A DNA stretch of 63,904 nucleotides, the filler included, from Octopus bimaculoides (lineage: Eukaryota), in NCBI RefSeq assembly GCF_001194135.2. It is 9 parts of 7 records of this genome, joined end to end, with 100 filler letters (N's around TTAATTAATTAA, not from the genome) between each part and the next. Parts side by side here need not be neighbours in the genome. Positions count along the whole stretch, not along the records: positions 1 to 25,624 come from NC_069001.1; 8 more parts are not named here. One strand, 5' to 3'. The translations under genes and the position numbers were made by a program. Each line of letters opens with the position of its first letter. The first letter of the stretch is position 1. Positions 11,290 to 23,085 of the stretch are shown here, piece after piece. Under the pieces are notes generated by a model, which saw only the letters and a program-made list of their open reading frames with translations, was not told the origin of the DNA and searched no databases.

Positions 11290-13020
11290 CCATCAGATAA
11301 GACAATTAAGGCTATGAAAAGACAGGGAAAGCTGCTGGACCATCAGGATTCACTGCCAAGATAATTAAAATAGTTGTGTAGGATACAGCCTAGTCACCAG
11401 TATAGCGAATTAGGTTATTCTGGAAGGTGCCATCCCTAATGACTGGTGTAGTAGTATTATAGTTAGCAGCTACAAGGGTAAAGGTGATACCTTAGATAGA
11501 AACAACTATAGAGGTATCAAATTGCTGGATCGGGTCATGAAAGTTACAGAGAACTATAGCTCAATTGATGAGGAATAGAATTAAACTAGATGAGATGCAG
11601 TTTGCTTTTGTACCTGGGAAGAGCACCACAAATGCCATCTTCCTAGTGAGACAGCTGCTGGAAAAGTATTTGGCCAAAAGTAAGCCATTGTGCTTAGCTT
11701 TTGTCAACCTGGAGAAAGCTTTTGACAGAGTCCCTCACTCTGTTATCTGGTGGATTCTAAAGGAGTTAGTAGGAGTGGTTTGTTAGAGCTGTACAAGCCA
11801 TGTGCAGTGGTGCTGTCAGTAAGGTGAGAGTCAGCCATGAATACAGTGATGAATTTAGCATGCAAGTAGGGGTTCACCAAGGTTCAGTTCTCAGCCCACT
11901 CTTATTCATAACAGACCTTTAGGTGATTGAATTCAAAACTGGATGCCTGTGGGAATTACTTTACGCTGATAACCTTGCCTGTCATTGCAGAACTTGTAGC
12001 AAAATTGGAGAAATTCTAGGTATGGAAGCAAAACATGGAATCAAAGGGCCTTAAAATTAACCTAACAAAGACCAAAGTTGTTGCTAGCAAGAATGTAGAG
12101 AAGACTCTCTTTCCATCAGGTAAATGGCCCTGCTCAGTAAGTAGGAAAGGAGTTGAGAGTAATTCCATTTGCNNNNNNNNNNNNNNNNNNNNNNNNNNNN
12201 NNNNNNNNNNNNNNNNNNNNNNNNNNNNNNNNNNNNNNNNNNNNNNNNNNNNNNNNNNNNNNNNNNNNNNNNNNNNNNNNNNNNNNNNNNNNNNNNNNNN
12301 NNNNNNNNNNNNNNNNNNNNNNNNNNNNNNNNNNGTAAATGGCCCTGCTCAGTAAGTAGGAAAGGAGTTGAGAGTAATTCCATTTGCTGCACCCAGTGTA
12401 AGCTATGGGCACATAAGAAGTGCAGTGGAATCACAGGTAGATTAACAGATAAAGTTGTCTTTATATATAGATATGCAGGAACAATAAGCTCTAAGGGCAT
12501 GCAGGACTTAGACTCTCTTGAGGTTGTAGATATTTTCTGTTACCTAGATGACAAAATTAGCCGTGGTGGAGGATGCTCTGAAAGTATTGTTTCTATAACA
12601 ATAATAGGATGGAGGTTCAGAGAGCTGTTACCTCTGTTGGTAACAAAACGATTCTCTCTCAGAGTGAAAGGTAGACTGTATGATGCTTGCGTACAAACGG
12701 CTTTATTCCATAGTAGTGAGACATGGGCTCTGAATGCAGAAGACATGCATAGACCAGAGAGAAATGAAGGTGATATGCTCCGTTGGATGTGCAATATCAG
12801 TTGCATGTACAACAACGTGCAAATGTGTTGAGAGAAAAGTTGGGCACAAGAGGAATCAAATGCAGTATGCAAGAGAGAAAGCTACGTTGGTTTGGACATG
12901 TGATGTGTATGAATGAAAACAGCTGGAGGAAGACATGGGATCAAGTGAGGACTGATCTCAGGATGTTGGGCCTCACAGAGGAAATGACAATGGACTCAGA
13001 TGTCTGGTGATATGAGGTTT
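11290..13020 (+). mobile_element. RTE-clade LINE, 5'-truncated and decayed (RT to 3' end)
   Basis: Encodes QFAFVPGKSTTNAIFLVRQLLEKYLAKSKPLCLAFVNLEKAFDRVP, GVHQGSVLSPLLF, ELLYADN, KGLKINLTKTKV, KGRLYDACV, ERKLRWFGHV. Multiple frameshifts; one assembly gap. Confidence 0.92.
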
Positions 13021-13849
13021 TTGAGAAGACCTGCCCATATCAGCAAAAGTTCTAGAAGTGCTGAGTTCTACCCACATGAACAATTCTGCCAGCTCACCAT
13101 CCCAATATTGTTATTAATATTGTAACTATCACTTTTATAGCTCTGGCATAAATCATTTCTTGCCTCTCTGTCCAAATAATCTGTATGGCAATATTGCTGA
13201 AACAGTTGCTTCCTTTTGGCAGTAACACAATAACCATCATTATATTTGTGTAATATTTCTCTATGAATACTAATTAAAGGCTTTCAACATGGAGATAATA
13301 AAAACAAAAGTATTAGTTTTGATATCAACAACAGAAATGAAATTAAAGAAAAAAACAAATAATGTGATTTTTTTGGTTTGATTTATTTGTGGAAGATGCC
13401 TGGAAAAGTCTGACGTTTTGAGTCTATGCTCTTCAATACAAAGGATTAAAAGGANNNNNNNNNNNNNNNNNNNNNNNNNNNNNNNNNNNNNNNNNNNNNN
13501 NNNNNNNNNNNNNNNNNNNNNNNNNNNNNNNNNNNNNNNNNNNNNNNNNNNNNNNNNNNNNNNNNNNNNNNNNNNNNNNNNNNNNNNNNNNNNNNNNNNN
13601 NNNNNNNNNNNNNNNNNNNNNNNNNNNNNNNNNNNNNNNNNNNNNNNGTCTATGTTTCTTAACATGCTTTGATGTGTTGCATCATCATTGTAAACAAAAG
13701 GCTCATCCATAGTGTCATTTGTTTCAGTTTCTCCATGACAGGCCCGAGTCAAAATGAGTCCTTAAAACAAGAGTCAGTAAATATACACAGCTACATGTCT
13801 TGAATACTTTTCTACCATTTTAACACTCAAATATGTGTTTGTGTGTATA

Positions 13850-14085
13850 TCATAATTATCATTTTAATGTCTACTTTTCTATGCCTGCATGGGTCAAACA
13901 ATTCAGTGATGCAAATTTCCTACAGTCATATACCTTTCGTGTCACCAATCCTCACCAGTTTTGAAGCAAGGTAACACATCGCTGTGGCCAACCAAGTTCT
14001 TCATGGAAGATTTGAAACAAATGGCACTGGTTGCATGACAGGGACACCTCACTTCTAACTATTACATAACGTCAACACAAGGACA
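13850..14085. repeat. dispersed repeat family D (starts with (CAT)n), diverged copy
   Basis: Similar to 38600-38880, 40635-40780, 41600-41800 and 42852-43057 (catcatcatcgtttaacgtccgctttccatgc...). Confidence 0.55.
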
Positions 14086-14384
14086 CATACACACACACAC
14101 ACACACAAAGGAGCTGGATTGCACTAGTTAGAGACTAGGAAGAGAAATACCCATCATATGGGCAAAAGTTATGCATGGATACACTAGCTACAGAATTCCA
14201 GCAACATTGACAGGAAGAATAGCCTCTCCTGGACATGCAATATATACATCACATCTCATCTAGAAGGTTAACCTTTTACTCTCCATGAACAGGATTGAGG
14301 AACTAAATACTCAATTAATGAAACACATACATCTGATTCAAAATGCCCACACTGTAATACAAAACATTGATTATGCCATGCTAG

Positions 14385-14649
14385 TGCTGAAGATATCACA
14401 CATAACATCAGTTGTAGTTATATATAAAATATATTGTTAGAACACCATTATAACATTGTGATAGCTTCTTTCTTGTGTCTACAGATATCAGTGATATGGC
14501 TTCTCTTTCATTTTAATATGTTCGTGTCTTGCTTAGCCATCACCAACAGAAATTTATTTACGAAATATCAAGTTGATATGTATTCTATACTGTATAAACA
14601 AGTGTGAGGTATGTTCCAGAGGAATAGCCAAAAAATATCTGTGATATGG
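14385..14649 (-). pseudogene. fossil zinc-finger remnants downstream of the ZNF-B stop
   Basis: Minus strand has ccatatcacagatatt, gaaagagaagccatatcactgatatctgt and tgtgatatc, which are decayed EKPYHCDIC coding motifs. Confidence 0.6.
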
Positions 14650-16674
14650 TCACGCCTGTATATGAAGACGTTTGTGTCTAGTTAATTCAAACTTTCTAGA
14701 GAATGATTTGCCACAAATGTCACAGAGGTACAGTTTTTCTGCTCTGTGGATGTATTTGTGATTAGACAAAGTACTTATCTGAGAGAATGATCTGCCACAA
14801 ATGTCACAGTGATGTGGTTTCTCACCTGTATGAGTGCGTTTGTGCAGAGTTAAGTGAACATTTTGAGAGAAAGATTTCCCACAAATAACACAGAGATATG
14901 GCTTCTCACCAGTATGTGTGCGTTTGTGTATAGTTAAATATTGTTGAGAAAATGATTTACCACAGATATCACACTGATATGCCTCCTCAGCTGCAGGATT
15001 GGGTTTGTGTATAATTGAAACCTCACCAGAAGAGAATGATTCACTAAAATCATCATGGGCGTCTGGTCCCTCTCCTGCATGGACATATTTATGTTTAATT
15101 AAGTATCTATTGGTAGAAAATGCTTTCTCACAGACGTCACACTGATATGGCTTGTCACCTGTATGAGTGCGTTTGTGTCTGTATAAGTCGTTACTTTGAG
15201 AGAATGATTTCCCACAGATAGCACAATGATATGGCCGTTCGCCTGTATGAGTGCGTTTGTGTTTGGCTAAATCATTACTTTGAGAGAATGATTTTCCACA
15301 AATAACACAGTGATATGTTTTCTCATCAATATGAGTGTGTTTGTGTTTAGTTAAATATCCATTTCTGGAGAATGACTGACCACAGATGTCACACTGGAAT
15401 GGTTTTGCTCCTGTATGGATACGTTTATGCTTAGTTAAGGCATGACTTTTAGAAAATGATTTACCACAGATATCACAGTGATATGGTTTTTCTCCTGTAT
15501 GAATATTTTTGTGCTTAATTAAGGTACTACCGTCAGAAAACGATTTACCACAAACATCACAGTGATATGGTGTCTCTCCTGTATGAATACGCCTATGTTT
15601 ATGTAAAGCACTGCCTTCAGAGAAAGACTTCCCACAGATATCACAATGATATGGCTTTTCTCCTGTATGAACACGCTTATGTTTAATCAAGTCACTGCTT
15701 GTAGAGCAAGATTTACCACAAATATCACAGTGATATGGTTTTTCTCCTGTATGGATCCGTATGTGCTTATTCAAGTCAACATTTTGACTGAATGATTTTC
15801 CACAGATATTACAGGAATAGGGTTTTTCTCCTGTATGAACATATATGTGTCTCCTTAATTTACTTTTATCTGGGAATGATTTACCACAAATCTCACACTG
15901 GTATGGTCTCTCTCCTGTGTGGATACTTCTGTGTTTAGTTAGGGACGATGTGTGAGAGAAAGATTTACCACAGATATCACACTCGTATGGTTTGTATCCT
16001 GCATGAATAGATTTGTGAGTATTCAAGGTATCACTTCTAGAAAATGATTTACCACAGATATCACAATAATACGGCTTGTCTCCTGTATGAATACGTGTGT
16101 GGGTATTTAAGGCACCAATGTTAAAAAATGATTTACCACAGATATCACAGTGATGTGGTTTCTCTCTTGTATGAATATGTTTGTGAGTATTCAAGGTACC
16201 TCTTTCAGAGAATGATTTACCACAGACACCACAGGGGTATGGTTTCTCTCCTGTATGAATACGTTTGTGACTATTTAAGGTACCTCTTTCAGAAAAGGAT
16301 TTTCCACAGATATCACAGTGATGTGGTTTCTCTCCTGTATGAATACGTTTGTGACTATTTAAATTACCACTTGTAGAGAATGATTTACCACAGATATCAC
16401 AATGATATGGCTTCTCTCCTGTGTGAATACGTTTGTGAGTATTTAAGTTACTATTTTTAGAAAATGATTTGCCACAGATATCACAATTGTATGGTTTCTC
16501 TCTGGTATGAATATATTTGTGATCAGTTGGATGACTTTTTTGAGAGAACGACTTTTCACACATATCATAGGAACATGATCTTTCTTTTATCTCTTTCAGC
16601 ATCTCATCAGGAAAATCGATGCTTTCAGTCTCTGTTTTAATTTCAATTGGCTTCTCACAGAATTCCTTTTCCAT
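14650..16674 (-). CDS. C2H2 zinc-finger protein ZNF-B (674 aa from ATG at 16674; 21 fingers, one internal dead-finger spacer, degenerate N-terminal finger)
   Basis: Uninterrupted finger array. The ATG aligns with the ZNF-A ATG ([15 protein letters not shown] vs [15 protein letters not shown]). The track start at 16713 is a TTG. Acceptor AG at 17019-17020. Confidence 0.95.
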   Translation of the reverse strand: MEKEFCEKPIEIKTETESIDFPDEMLKEIKERSCSYDMCEKSFSQKSHPTDHKYIHTREKPYNCDICGKSFSKNSNLNTHKRIHTGEKPYHCDICGKSFSTSGNLNSHKRIHTGEKPHHCDICGKSFSERGTLNSHKRIHTGEKPYPCGVCGKSFSERGTLNTHKHIHTREKPHHCDICGKSFFNIGALNTHTRIHTGDKPYYCDICGKSFSRSDTLNTHKSIHAGYKPYECDICGKSFSHTSSLTKHRSIHTGERPYQCEICGKSFPDKSKLRRHIYVHTGEKPYSCNICGKSFSQNVDLNKHIRIHTGEKPYHCDICGKSCSTSSDLIKHKRVHTGEKPYHCDICGKSFSEGSALHKHRRIHTGETPYHCDVCGKSFSDGSTLIKHKNIHTGEKPYHCDICGKSFSKSHALTKHKRIHTGAKPFQCDICGQSFSRNGYLTKHKHTHIDEKTYHCVICGKSFSQSNDLAKHKRTHTGERPYHCAICGKSFSQSNDLYRHKRTHTGDKPYQCDVCEKAFSTNRYLIKHKYVHAGEGPDAHDDFSESFSSGEVSIIHKPNPAAEEAYQCDICGKSFSQQYLTIHKRTHTGEKPYLCVICGKSFSQNVHLTLHKRTHTGEKPHHCDICGRSFSQISTLSNHKYIHRAEKLYLCDICGKSFSRKFELTRHKRLHIQA

Positions 16675-17144
16675 AATTATTCCTCTTCGTTTCTTCTTGT
16701 GTTTTCTTAACAATTATTTCTACTGCTATGATTCCATAGAACGTGATCTTTGTTGGTGTCTGAAGACACTGCAATCTCTTGTGAAAATTTCGCTATGTTT
16801 CATAACAAAACAACCAACTCGCAAACATATTCCTGGCTGGGATGTAGAAGAATTTTGCTAATGGTCTCAGGTCACAATAACAATATTTCACACCAATTCC
16901 ATCACAGATTTATAGAAACAGGATTATATCCATCCTATGTAACAACTTCCTTTAAAAGATGATAAATATTGATGATACATCTGAGGAAATGCTTTTATAC
17001 CAATGTCATCTGATATTTCTGAAATAATAGAGAAACAGTATAAGATAAAGGGGATATCTAAAAGTAGATTCAATGATGGAAAATTTACTACATTTCAATA
17101 TTGATAAACTGTAAATATAATTTTTTTTTTAATGGGATCGGATG

Positions 17145-17462
17145 GGTAAGGCATACCCTACACGCACACAACGATAAAATAAAATTTTATTTAAATATAG
17201 TCTCAGCCGAATTCATATTTCAACAAAATTACATCAAGAGTTATTTCCCCTGCTTATCGTTTATACATATGTAACGAAGAATAAATTATTTTGATTCACT
17301 CGTCCGCCAGTTTTGAAGATAATCAAAGCAAAATCATGAGTTCGAAGCACTCACCCAATGAGTATTTCTGACAAATTAGGTGAAAATCCATTCAGCCGTT
17401 TTCTAGTAATTTTGCAAACACACAGATGAGTGACTACAATACCCTGCTTTCGCAGAGTAAAC
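17145..17462 (+). mobile_element. possible Helentron-associated (HINE/DINE-like) non-autonomous element in the ZNF-B intron
   Basis: Absent from the homologous ZNF-A intron. Ends in tacaataccctgctttcgcagagtaaa with an accctgc/gcagagt hairpin, the architecture of HINE 3' ends. Confidence 0.4.
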
Positions 17463-17485
17463 ATTGACGTCCGCATTTCAGCTCT

Positions 17486-17675
17486 AAATTTGGATGGAAT
17501 TCTGGTTTAAGAACCCCTCCTAATCTTTTTATATTTTGGAATCTTCAGAAAATTTTGCTAATTTGTGTTCTACACATGTTTTGAAAAATTCCCAAATGTT
17601 TTGAAAATTTCCAATAATAAAAAGTTATGTAGGATGACATGGGGTGCTTTAACCAGAATTCCGCCGCCTAAATTT
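17486..17675. mobile_element. MITE-like element with about 30-bp imperfect TIRs
   Basis: ggaattctggtttaagaacccc (ending 17517) matches the reverse complement of ggggtgctttaaccagaattcc (from 17641) at 20/22. Confidence 0.6.
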
Positions 17676-18976
17676 GTTAAGATTACATTAAAGAATAACA
17701 TGTGAGGTTTATATATCACTGGCTGCAGCAACACGATCAGATTATTTATATTAAATTATAGAGTAGGGGTCGTGGGGCTTTCTGGCTAAGAAGATCATTC
17801 ACCGTAGGTCGATTAAAGTTTAACCCCAGGTCAATTCTGACTGAGCAAAACATCATTGCAGACATACAAGATCCACCATTTCTCCTAAATATTACAAGTG
17901 ATTCCCTCTTCATTCCTTTTCTTTGAGAAATGAAAATATTTTCTCCCTGGAGTAAACAAAAATAGAGTTTCCGTTTCAAAACTACATCAGGAACTAGATT
18001 TTACGATGTAAGAATGTTTGAGAATTAATTTAAGATTGAAATCGTAAAAGAATGTGTATTGCGGGAGAGAAAACAAACAAAAACAATTGGTATTCAATTG
18101 TTTTGAGTCTCAGACTTGTCAAGATTCGTTCATTAGTTTCTGTGTGCGTGACAGCACATGTTGTCAACTGTAAACACAAGAAATATTGGCACTATCATGC
18201 TATTAGCTGTCAGAAGTGAAAGTGCTCACTGCTAGTGAAGTATCTGTCTGTCTGCCTGCCTGTTGCTGGCCTGTCGATTCTTTGGCTACTGACAGCTAAT
18301 ACCATGACTGGCCGGAGCGAGCTATACGTCTGTCTGTCTGTCTATCTATCTATCTACTACTCGAAAGTTCGCGCGTCCGCGCTAGCTAGTCGTGAGTGGT
18401 CATAAATAATACGGCTTTTTCGACGCACATACATGCTATACATACTTCTTTTTCTGTACATATGTGTGTGTGTGGTACGTAGATAACAAAAACAACATCG
18501 CATTTTAAACTTGAGAAAAGCGTTGCATATTTATAATGCGCAAGTCATACATGTATGTATGCATTTTTGTGCATGTATGCATGTGCGGCTAGGGTTCGAT
18601 CTTACAACCCGATAGTACCGGGAATGCAGTCCACGTCTTTCACCTCCGCCCTTCATTTGTGTATGTAGTAAATTTTCAAGAAGAAAACGAGATCGACATC
18701 GAAAAATCCTCTTTCTAAATAGTACAAATATTGCTAGCCGCATACGAATGCATGCACAAAAATGCACCAGAAATTACGGACTTCTTATGGTTGTAACCAC
18801 CGCAATATCATGTCGGTAGCAAACAACGGTTCGACTCCATTTCACTATGTCAAGTAAACAATCATGTTTTTATACATTCCTCATATCTTCGAAATTATGC
18901 CGGAATTCTTCACATTTCCCAAAGTTATAATATGAAAGAAAACGATTGAATGAAGATAACATTAAGAAAAAAATAC

Positions 18977-19165
18977 CTCGTATAAGTCACATTATATTAT
19001 TAAGTCACTGATGGTGGTATATATTGTTAGTAATACAATGCACTGTATAAATATGAGTCTTGTCCGTCAGTAAATTATGATTTCTGCTAAAATAAAAATA
19101 ATAGTTTAGCAATGACATTCAATGCCAATATTGTTTTAGGCATCCGGTTGCACATGCGCATTAGC
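18977..19165 (-). promoter_or_regulatory. putative promoter and non-coding exon 1 of ZNF-B (donor at 18977/18976)
   Basis: Inverted homolog of 6540-6742. tgcacatgcgca at 19149-19160; donor acgag|gtattt conserved. Confidence 0.55.
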
Positions 19166-19739
19166 AATGTCAGTGGAAGCTGTCGTGTTCACATGTGAAT
19201 GTGGCTTATTAGTATGTGTGTATTATGATAGACGACACATGTTAAAGTGGCGATAAACATTACTTCTCAGTATAAATACTTCTTGCCTCTCTAATAGAGA
19301 TTTTCTTAACGAGGGATCCGTCCGTAGAAACCAAGCCAAAATTGGACTGGAGCCTCGTACAGCACGCAGCCCCTGTTTATGTCAAACCAATGTCTCACCA
19401 TCAAGAAGGGATGCTAAAGGATGATGACACACATACACATACATACATAGCACACCTTGTATATACAAATAGATGAACGACCACTACTCTTCAGTTTATC
19501 AAAGACTTAAATAAAGAAGATTAAAAGACAGAAAATAGAAAGCTTTAGGCAATGCGTTAAGTTTAATAAATTCTTTATATTTCAGTAGCAGAAGTCCATC
19601 TTCAGAAGAAAACAACAGCCTAAGAAAAGTCCAGCTATGTAGGTTCTGTTAAGCCATTCAAATTCCCTAGCGTTTATGTAACAGCAGCAGTCGCTCTCCA
19701 AACGTAGGTGGAATCGACGTTCCACGCATTCAGGTAAAC

Positions 19740-19980
19740 CAGTGGTTCAGATCCATATGGCCCCCTGAGGGTCCACACCAGATTTTTGGGGAATCCCACA
19801 CAATAAAAAAGTAAATTGGGGATCCACAATAGTATTTTAAGGGCCTCTGAAAAATTTTTTGCTTTAGACGTAGATATTGGTGAAACGGCGTAGTAGTAGT
19901 AGTAGTCCGAGGGTTGGTGTAAACAAATCTCAGCTACGAAACGGCCGTCACCCTGTGGATATCAACTGGTGAAATATATT
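19740..19980 (+). mobile_element. non-autonomous hAT-like element fragment
   Basis: Starts cagtggtt...ccatatggccccctgagggtccac, resembling CAGTGGTTCCCAAC-type hAT termini. A similar terminus occurs at 63881. Confidence 0.4.
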
Positions 19981-20049
19981 CATCTCCTGACCTTTTTTAT
20001 ATGATGTAATATTTTACTTGTTTCATTCATGCCGGTGTTTTTTGGAAAG

Positions 20050-20674
20050 GGGGGGGGGGCTGTAGACGAGCTATTGATGGATAATAGTGCAGGTTTTCGC
20101 TCAGAGCAGCTGAGAGAGATGCTTGGAAGATGGAGCACAAGGCGCTTCTTCAGAGCTGCATACCGGCCCGGTGAAAACGAGATTGTGGAACGGCACCACC
20201 GTACGATTAAAGCCAAGGCTGAGAAGGCACGAATCTCCCCTACGGAGGCAGTCTTCTGGTACAGTATGCCACCCAGGGTAGGGCAAACCGAAGAGTCGGT
20301 CCCGCACAGGGCCATATTCCGCTACAAATGGAGACACCCGAGCGTGGTGCCACAACAGCAAGTGGTAGAATGGGTTACATCTGTGCAGGTTGGAGATGAA
20401 GTGTGGGCGAAGCCCCCGAACGCTCGGTGCACAACGCAATGGGAAAAAAGGGAAAGTGAGCGGAATCAGTACCCCGAATAATGTATCAGTGGATGGAATG
20501 CCGCGTCACGTCCTGGATATTCGAAAGGTGATCAGCTTTTCCATGACGAAGGGGTGCGGGAAGGCGGCCCCAAGGCCCTATAGAGATCTCTCTAAGGGAA
20601 CGTTGCTTCCATCCAGGTGGATGGACGATTACGAGAAAGAACAAGGGAGCAGTGATCTTTAGATCAGGGGTGAG
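20050..20674 (+). mobile_element. Gypsy/Ty3 LTR retrotransposon integrase C-terminal fragment and polypurine tract
   Basis: LLMDNSAGFRSEQLREMLGRW...AAYRPGENEIVERHHRTIK is the integrase core with its 2nd D and E; VGDEVWAK...NNVSVDGMPRHVLDIR follows. Purine-rich aggggtgag precedes the LTR. Confidence 0.85.
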
Positions 20675-20902
20675 TGTGGTGGAAGAAGGATTGGAAGCGA
20701 CGAGAAATGACGTCACGTCAGCAAGTGAGAAGAAAAGTTTTTCCTTGCGTTTTGGTTTTCCTGGAGACGCTAAAAGTGACAGACGCCAGTCGCAGACATA
20801 GAGAAATTGTGAAAACACGGGTGAAGAATTGATTAATCTGCCGGCGGTACCCGATTGCAGGTCGAGGTAAGAGCAATTTTATTTACGTGCCTTCAAACTA
20901 CA
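20675..20902 (+). mobile_element. 3' LTR of the Gypsy element (228 bp)
   Basis: Begins TGTGGT directly after the PPT and ends ACTACA (TG...CA, imperfect terminal inverted repeat). Confidence 0.65.
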
Positions 20903-21923
20903 ATTTCAAAGCAAGAAATTCTTCTCGAATGTTGAATTTTGCAATTAATCTACGTATAAATATTGCCATCTGAGCAGTATTAGACAGCTCACTTGTCTCA
21001 TAAATACCTAATAAATGCAATACGAATTCTGTTGAATCATATTTTAGAGAATTTTAAATATCATCAGCTATATTTTTAATACGATTAGAAACAGTTCTTC
21101 TTGATAAGCTAATATTTAAAAACAAAGTTTTTCTGGGCCTATATTCTCAACAGCAGTAAGAATACATTCTTTCACAAATACACCATCGCTATGTGGTTTT
21201 GGGTTTTTTTAGCAATATTTTCGCATACCGCAAAACTAGCTCAAGTTACTGATTCACTTTCAAGAATTGATCTTTTAAAAAAAAAGCTTGTCTTTTGGTC
21301 AGGTTCTTTCAGATTTTCATAGGTCTTATGCTTACTCACAAATTACCTCTTAATATTCTATTTCTTTATGAACAGCTACTTGTTTATTGCAAATAAGACA
21401 AATGCATTTGCTATCTATTTTAATAAAAAAAATAAAGCTCAGTCCATTTTTCATCAAAGCACGTTCACCAGCGCTTCTTTTCCTTTTTAGGATTTTTATA
21501 ACCACTTACCATATTGATGAGGGTATCGAAAAACTGTGTTAACAAAGTTATAAACCGGTTAAATTTATAGTATTATCACTTTCGGAATTTTTGTTATTAC
21601 CACTGCCTTGGAAAAACAAAATCCAACTAGCTCGTTGTCGTAATGCATGCGTTCAGTGTTGTAAAAATAGTAAAAAAAATCAAGATATTGTTTGATTCTG
21701 CAGGGTTTAACTTGCTTTTTTTCTCTATCCTTTGCCCACACGGGCGTTGACAAGCGAGTGAGTAGGGAAGTATAACTGACAAATAGATGGCAGATGAACG
21801 TAATTCCTCGATTTTTTTTTATTGCCCACGCGGGGATAAATATAGAGGTTATACATTACAAAGACAATACAAATATATAACCTCTAGATTTAGTCTCGCT
21901 TGTCAGTAGGGAAGGGAGATAAC

Positions 21924-22013
21924 TTTGGTTTTCCTGGAGACGCTAATAGTGATAGACGCCAGTCGTAGACATAGAGAAGTTGTGAAAAACACGTGAAAAA
22001 TTGATCAATCTGC
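21924..22013 (+). repeat. second partial copy of the LTR interior (20751-20841)
   Basis: tttggttttcctggagacgctaa..gtga.agacgccagtcg.agacatagagaa.ttgtgaaaa is shared, with several substitutions. Confidence 0.85.
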
Positions 22014-23085
22014 GGTAATTCTGTTGACCCTCTTGACACCGACTGATGCAAAGTAACACATCGCTGTGGCCAATCAAGTTCTTCATGGAAGATTTGAAAC
22101 AAATGGCATTGCTTGTATAGCAGGGACACCTCACTTCCAACCATCACAATGTCAAAACAAGGACATATACACATACACAAGGGAGCTGGATTGAACTACT
22201 TGGAGACTTGGAAGAAAAATACCCATCATATGGGCAGAAAGTTATGCATGGATACACTAGCTAGAGAATGCCAGCAACATTGGTAGGAATAATAGCTTCT
22301 CCTGGACATGCAAAATATGTCATATCTCATCTAGAAGGCTAAGCATTTGCTCTCCAACAACAGTGACAACTAAATACCTGATTAATGAAACATATACATT
22401 TGATTCTAAACTCCCAGGCTGTAGTAGAAAATGATGATTATGATTATGCCATGCTAGTGTTGAAGATATCACCCATGATATGGTTTCTCTTTGGTATGAA
22501 TATATTTGTGATCAGTTAGGTGACTTTTTACACATATCACAGGTATATGATGTTTCTGCTATCTCTTTCTGCATCTCATCAGGAAAATCAATGCTTTCAG
22601 TCTGTTTTAATTTGAACTGACTTCTCACAGAATTCATTTTTCATAACCTCTTGTGAAAATTTCTCTGTTTTTAACAATCAACTTGCAAGCATATTCCTGA
22701 CAGGAATGTAGGAGAATTTTCCTAATGGTCTCAGGCAGGGGTTGTAAATAATTGATTTCCAATCAATCAATTTTAATTAGGATACAATCAATTTTTGCAA
22801 TAAATTGTCAATTAGTTTGGCCAGCATAAAAACATATTTTGTAGTGTTAGCTTCGATTTAGATAAGAGCCAAAATTACAGGAAAATAAGGGCACATCTTA
22901 TAGTTTTTGAAACCTTTATTATCAGAAAACATTCAAAGTTCAATTTTCTTGATTTGAAATAGGGAACAAACAACATGTATACTCTACATTGTACTGTGGT
23001 TGCAAAACAAATAAATTGAAGGTCTTTAATTGAAAGAGTTTCTCAAACGAGTAGCACAATTAAAATTTACTAATATAGCAAAACG

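Noticed and set aside
12121-12386. Direct duplications flanking gaps (12121-12172 vs about 12335-12386; about 51925-51973 vs 51984-52032)
   Set aside because: Identical sequence on both sides of an N run indicates unmerged contig overlap.
16675-16713. 13-aa N-terminal extension of ZNF-B in the ORF track
   Set aside because: It starts at TTG; the paralog alignment supports the ATG at 16674.
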